64,000 bases of DNA from Mobiluncus curtisii subsp. curtisii ATCC 35241 (GTDB lineage Bacteria > Actinomycetota > Actinomycetes > Actinomycetales > Actinomycetaceae): assembly GCF_000146285.1 (NCBI RefSeq), contig NZ_GL385912.1, positions 1,222,336 to 1,286,335 of the forward strand, read 5' to 3'. This document shows, piece by piece, positions 60,320-64,000 of this stretch (its first letter is position 1; the number at the start of each line of letters is the position of its first letter). The position numbers and the translations under genes were made by a program. A model generated the notes under the pieces. The model had not been told where the DNA came from and did not search any database. It saw only the letters and a list, made by a program, of their open reading frames with translations.

Positions 60320-61764
60320 ACATTGGGGAAATGCGACGCCTGGTCGCGACCGGTTTAGATCCGGCGCAAGCAATTTTACAGACGGCTCCCGCTGCCACCA
60401 CCACCGGAGAGTTGGCACAGGGCGCCCGCGGGCTGCGTCAATCTTTAGAGGGGGTCGACGAGCCGCTCGGTTCCCTGCTGACCCGACCCAGAGTCACGGA
60501 TTTGCTGGTCAACAGCCCTGAAGAAGCTTGGATAGATGCCGGAGCGGGTTTGGAAAAAGTGCCGGATTTTTCCATGGGGTCAGCCGTGGCGCTGCGCCGG
60601 GCAGCGGTGCGGATGGCTGCCGCGGCCGGGCAACGGCTCGACGACGCGACCCCGATTGTCGATGCGACCTTGCCTTCGGGAGTGCGTCTGCACGCCGTTT
60701 TGCCGCCACTGTCAGGGGATTCGGCAGTGATTTCGTTGCGGGTGCCCAGTCCGGTGGCGCTACCTTTAGAGACGGTGGTGGCATCTGGCATGGTTTCGTC
60801 ATGGCTGGCTAAGGTGCTGCGCCGATTGGTGCAGGTGCGGGCGTCGGGATTAATTACCGGGGCTACCGGTACAGGGAAAACGACTTTGCTGGCGTGTTTG
60901 TTGGGGTTGGCAGCCCCGGATGAACGCCTCATTTGTATCGAGGAGGTTTCGGAGCTGCGCCCCGCGCATCCCCACGTGGTTCATTTGCAGGCACGGGGGG
61001 CTAACGTGCAGGGAGCGGGGGGAGTGTCTCTGTCCGATTTGGTAAAGGCTGCGATGCGGATGCGCCCGGATCGTTTGATTTTGGGTGAGGCTAGGGGTGC
61101 CGAAGTCCGGGAAATGCTCTCGGCGTTGAATACGGGTCATCGCGGCGGTTGGGCGACGGTTCACGCCAATTCGGCACTGGAGGTGCCGGCACGTTTGGAG
61201 GCTCTGGGGGCTTTAGCGGGCATGAACCGTGAGGCTTTGTGTGCCCAATCCCTGCCGGCTTTCGATGTCATTGTGCATCTGCGCCGGTTTCGTAATCAGG
61301 ACGGTCGGGTGCGTCGCGCGGTGGTGCAGTTGGCACGGTTAGTCCGTGGTGCTGATGGGGCTTTGGCAGCAAAAGCGGTGTTGGATTTCGATCCCCAGAC
61401 TGGGGCGGTACAACGGTTAGAGGGCTGGCGGGATTTTGCTGTCCAGTTTGAATTGCCCGAGCCGCCGCGAGACTCAACATCGACCGTTTCCGCTGCGGTA
61501 GGTTCCCCCGCCACCGTAACTGACACTCCCAGCCGCAGCACCGCCCTTGTGACCCCGAAACTGGGACATGCGGGCCCTGGGTCGCGTTCCGACTCGGAAT
61601 TGTTGCATTCCTGCCCGGAACTGGCGGAAACCAGCCGAGTTGCCACCCTCACACCGCCACCAAAATGGCAAGTTCCCCAGTTGGAATGGAACCCCGTGGG
61701 GGAACGTAATCAGGTGCCGTCCGGGTCCGTCAACGTTTTGGCAGACATTCAGGGGGTGGGCTGA
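60316..61764 (+). CDS. tadA: Tad/Flp pilus assembly ATPase TadA/CpaF (VirB11 family)
   Basis: 'ITGATGTGKTTLL' Walker A, 'LILGEARG' Walker B region, His box. Confidence 0.85.
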   Translation: MNIGEMRRLVATGLDPAQAILQTAPAATTTGELAQGARGLRQSLEGVDEPLGSLLTRPRVTDLLVNSPEEAWIDAGAGLEKVPDFSMGSAVALRRAAVRMAAAAGQRLDDATPIVDATLPSGVRLHAVLPPLSGDSAVISLRVPSPVALPLETVVASGMVSSWLAKVLRRLVQVRASGLITGATGTGKTTLLACLLGLAAPDERLICIEEVSELRPAHPHVVHLQARGANVQGAGGVSLSDLVKAAMRMRPDRLILGEARGAEVREMLSALNTGHRGGWATVHANSALEVPARLEALGALAGMNREALCAQSLPAFDVIVHLRRFRNQDGRVRRAVVQLARLVRGADGALAAKAVLDFDPQTGAVQRLEGWRDFAVQFELPEPPRDSTSTVSAAVGSPATVTDTPSRSTALVTPKLGHAGPGSRSDSELLHSCPELAETSRVATLTPPPKWQVPQLEWNPVGERNQVPSGSVNVLADIQGVG

Positions 61765-62990
61765 TGGATTCGACACAGCTGGTCACCGTGGTGGTAGCGG
61801 TGGTGTTGCTCGCGGGGGCGGGACTGTTAGCGGGGATGGGGTCACGCAGCGGGCGTGAATCACAACCGCGCGACCTATCCTCTCGCGTCGAGGCAGGGGG
61901 TGTTCGCAGCGCGAAAAGTATGGAGAGAGTGCCACTTTGGCGTGCGGTGTTTTCCCGGCGGAGCAGGCGCCCGGCACCGCGGGGGCTGAGGGATTTAGAC
62001 GTGGGGCTGTTGTGTGCGGAAATTGCTACTCGTTTGGAGGCGGGTGCCAGCATTGCAAACGCCTGGGACACCACCTTGCATCGTCTGGATGCACGTCTGG
62101 ATTACGCGGCAATACAAGCATTTGTGGCTCATCCGCGGCCGGGACTGTGGGAACGGTTCAATCACTGGCGGGCGGGGCGAACGACGGAAACAAACCCGCT
62201 GGCGCGGGTACGTCATCCCGAAGCCGCCGCGCAAGCCTTGCGGGGTATGTTGATTGCCACCCAGGTAGCGACCCAGGTTGGAGCCCCCTTGGCAGAGATT
62301 TTGAACCGGGTTGCGGACGGGATTGCCGCCACGCTAGAGACCGCCGCGAAACGTCACACCGCCCAGGTCGGCCCTAAAGCTACCGCGCGCCTGCTGGGAG
62401 TGCTGCCTTTGGCGGCGCTGGGGATGGCGCAGTTTATCGGGGTGGATGTCATTGATATGGCTTTTCGAGGCGGTATTAATACCTGGGTTTTCGTCATTGG
62501 TTTGGGTCTGATGGTGGCAGGAAACCTGTGGTCCGCAGCGATGATTCGCCAGGCTACCGGCAGCTCCGTGACGGGTCTTGATCCGACTTTGGCGATGGAC
62601 ATTATTGCGGCCTGTCAGCAAAACGGAGTGTCTTTGACGTCCACTCTGGAAGCTGTGTCAGCGGCGAGTGAGGAGGCGGATTTGGCAGTGGTGGCGCGGA
62701 TGCTGCTGTTGGGGGCGGATTGGGACGAGGCGTGGGCACAAGCGGATACCAAGTGGGTTGACTTAGCCAGCGTGTTGCAGCCGGCGTGGGAGGAGGGCGC
62801 CTCTCCGGTGCCGCTGCTGGTGCGCGGGGCTTCGCGGACTCGAACCGCGGAGATTCACCGGGCTGTCGACGCGGCGGAACGTTTAGGAGTGCGGCTGATG
62901 ATTCCCCTGGGGGTGTGTTTGTTGCCGGCGTTTTTTGCACTGGGGATTGTGCCGGTGGTGGTGTCCACGATTGAGGACCTCATTTCATGA
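61764..62990 (+). CDS. type II secretion system F-domain membrane protein (TadB/TadC-like, possibly fused)
   Basis: 408 aa, TM clusters at both halves, C-terminal 'LPAFFALGIVPVV'. Confidence 0.65.
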   Translation: MDSTQLVTVVVAVVLLAGAGLLAGMGSRSGRESQPRDLSSRVEAGGVRSAKSMERVPLWRAVFSRRSRRPAPRGLRDLDVGLLCAEIATRLEAGASIANAWDTTLHRLDARLDYAAIQAFVAHPRPGLWERFNHWRAGRTTETNPLARVRHPEAAAQALRGMLIATQVATQVGAPLAEILNRVADGIAATLETAAKRHTAQVGPKATARLLGVLPLAALGMAQFIGVDVIDMAFRGGINTWVFVIGLGLMVAGNLWSAAMIRQATGSSVTGLDPTLAMDIIAACQQNGVSLTSTLEAVSAASEEADLAVVARMLLLGADWDEAWAQADTKWVDLASVLQPAWEEGASPVPLLVRGASRTRTAEIHRAVDAAERLGVRLMIPLGVCLLPAFFALGIVPVVVSTIEDLIS

Positions 62991-63103
62991 GGGAAATACA
63001 GACTTCCCTTTGTCAATGCACAAGGGGGGCGCCAGTTCGTCACCGTGACGGCTGGCGGTCACGCGGAAAGTCCGCGAGACAAATTGCAAAAAGGAGAAAG
63101 AAA

Positions 63104-63307
63104 ATGAACAAGGTAAGCGCATTGCAAACGAAGGCACTGTCTTTTTGGGCTCGTCTGAAGGGCGAGGAGGACGGCATGGCAACCGCGGAATATGCCATCG
63201 GTACCCTGGCGGCGGCAGCTTTCGCGGGATTGTTGTTGATGATTATGAAAGGCGGCGAGTTGAAAGGCGCGCTGCAGTCCATCATCGAAGCGGCTTTGCA
63301 GGTCTGA
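63104..63307 (+). CDS. Flp-type prepilin (DUF4244/Rv3656c-like)
   Basis: 'EEDG|MATAEYAIGTLAAAAFAGLLL' prepilin cleavage motif; AAGGAGA RBS. Confidence 0.65.
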   Translation: MNKVSALQTKALSFWARLKGEEDGMATAEYAIGTLAAAAFAGLLLMIMKGGELKGALQSIIEAALQV

Positions 63308-63309
63308 AC

Positions 63310-63744
63310 ATGTCGATGGGTGTGGGGAAAGGTTGGCGTCAGCAGCTCAGCCGGCGCTTGGTGCGTCGCTGGCTGGCTCGGGGGCGGCGTCTCAGTTCGG
63401 AACACGGGATGGTTACGACCGAGCTGGCGTTAACCTTTCCCGCAGTCATCATGATTGTGGTGGCTTTGGCGTTGACCGGGGCAGCCGGTATGGCGGGAGT
63501 CCAGGTCAACGCTGCCGCACGAGCGGCTTGCCGGTCGGTGGCGATTGGGGAGGACAGCGCGGCAGCAGTGGCAGCCGGTAATCGGTTGCTGGGGGGTGCC
63601 GGGGGCGCTGCGGGTGCGGTGAGCGTCAGTACCACTGGCAAGGACGTGCAGTGTAGCGCCACCAAGAAGATGCCCGCGATGCTCGGATCGCTCGGTATGA
63701 GCGCCAAAGCGCAGGCGGTGATTCCTCGTGAAGATTCGTGGTGA
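63310..63744 (+). CDS. TadE-like pseudopilin
   Basis: 'MVTTELALTFPAVIMIVVALAL' TadE N-terminal motif. Confidence 0.55.
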   Translation: MSMGVGKGWRQQLSRRLVRRWLARGRRLSSEHGMVTTELALTFPAVIMIVVALALTGAAGMAGVQVNAAARAACRSVAIGEDSAAAVAAGNRLLGGAGGAAGAVSVSTTGKDVQCSATKKMPAMLGSLGMSAKAQAVIPREDSW

Positions 63745-64000
63745 AACAACCCGTCAGGGATCCTTCCGGGAGGGGCTGCGTGAGGAGCGCGGCTCCGGAA
63801 CCGTGATGGCCTTAGGGTTGATTCTGCTGGGGCTGGCTTTGACCTTGGGTTTAGCCCAGGTAGGGGTGGCAGCGGTGGGTTCGACCGCCGCTCACCAGGC
63901 TAGCGATTTGGCTGCCATTGCCGGGGCTACCGCGGTGTTGACCGGTGGGGACGGTTGTGTGACCGCCGGGGAATACGCTACCAAGAACGGCTCTCACCTG
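63728..64000 (+). CDS. TadE/Rv3654c-like protein, 3'-truncated by window end
   Basis: 'RGSGTVMALGLILLGLALTLG' processed-pseudopilin-like N-terminus; start uncertain (GTG 63728 or ATG 63806). Confidence 0.35.
   Translation, partial: MKIRGETTRQGSFREGLREERGSGTVMALGLILLGLALTLGLAQVGVAAVGSTAAHQASDLAAIAGATAVLTGGDGCVTAGEYATKNGSHL

Noticed and set aside
1-64000. CRISPR arrays, rRNA genes
   Set aside because: no spacer-interspersed direct repeats and no rRNA-like conserved stretches; the tandem repeats found are contiguous, without unique spacers

Overview
High-GC (about 60-65%) actinobacterial chromosome segment. WhiB, an LAxTG sortase signal, Tad/Flp pili and local synteny like M. tuberculosis Rv3676-Rv3683 suggest Actinomycetales. 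There are two low-GC stretches that look horizontally acquired. (1) 91-7658: housekeeping genes (phoH2-like, uppS, hlyIII, greA, acyltransferase-xseB-xseA, ispH). (2) 7660-8500: a long untranslated region with a palindromic repeat element and a GC-rich structured segment. (3) 8505-24012: ychF and a complete membrane-bound [NiFe] uptake hydrogenase locus (hypDC, hypE, hypF, hypAB, small/large/cytochrome-b subunits, maturation protease). A second accessory set follows it (hypA paralog, HupK/HoxV-like scaffold, hypC paralog, two tiny membrane proteins). (4) 24145-29691: hsp20, hemE and a 1201-aa LAHTG-anchored surface protein with Ca-binding repeats. (5) 30056-32915: a divergent zinc-ribbon/SPFH pair with Met/Gly/Gln-rich tails, and a 117-bp tandem duplication of the gene end plus terminator. 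(6) 32920-33468: a low-molecular-weight protein tyrosine phosphatase (LMW-PTP). (7) 33693-50100: tRNA-Pro(CGG), followed by a decayed island. It holds an integrase C-terminal pseudogene, IS3 debris, a low-GC dedicated ECF importer plus two ABC exporter half-transporters, a near-complete IS3 copy with a frameshifted orfA, a DUF4143-type ATPase, a 23-bp tandem repeat, a secreted CWB2-repeat protein, a DUF1643-like gene and hipBA. (8) 50383-58963: metallophosphoesterase, ponA-like PBP, whiB, a DUF4177 micro-ORF, a crp-like gene and two membrane proteins. (9) 59150-64000: a Tad/Flp pilus locus, truncated at the window edge. No rRNA and no CRISPR array. All calls rest on reading motifs by eye; no searches were run.
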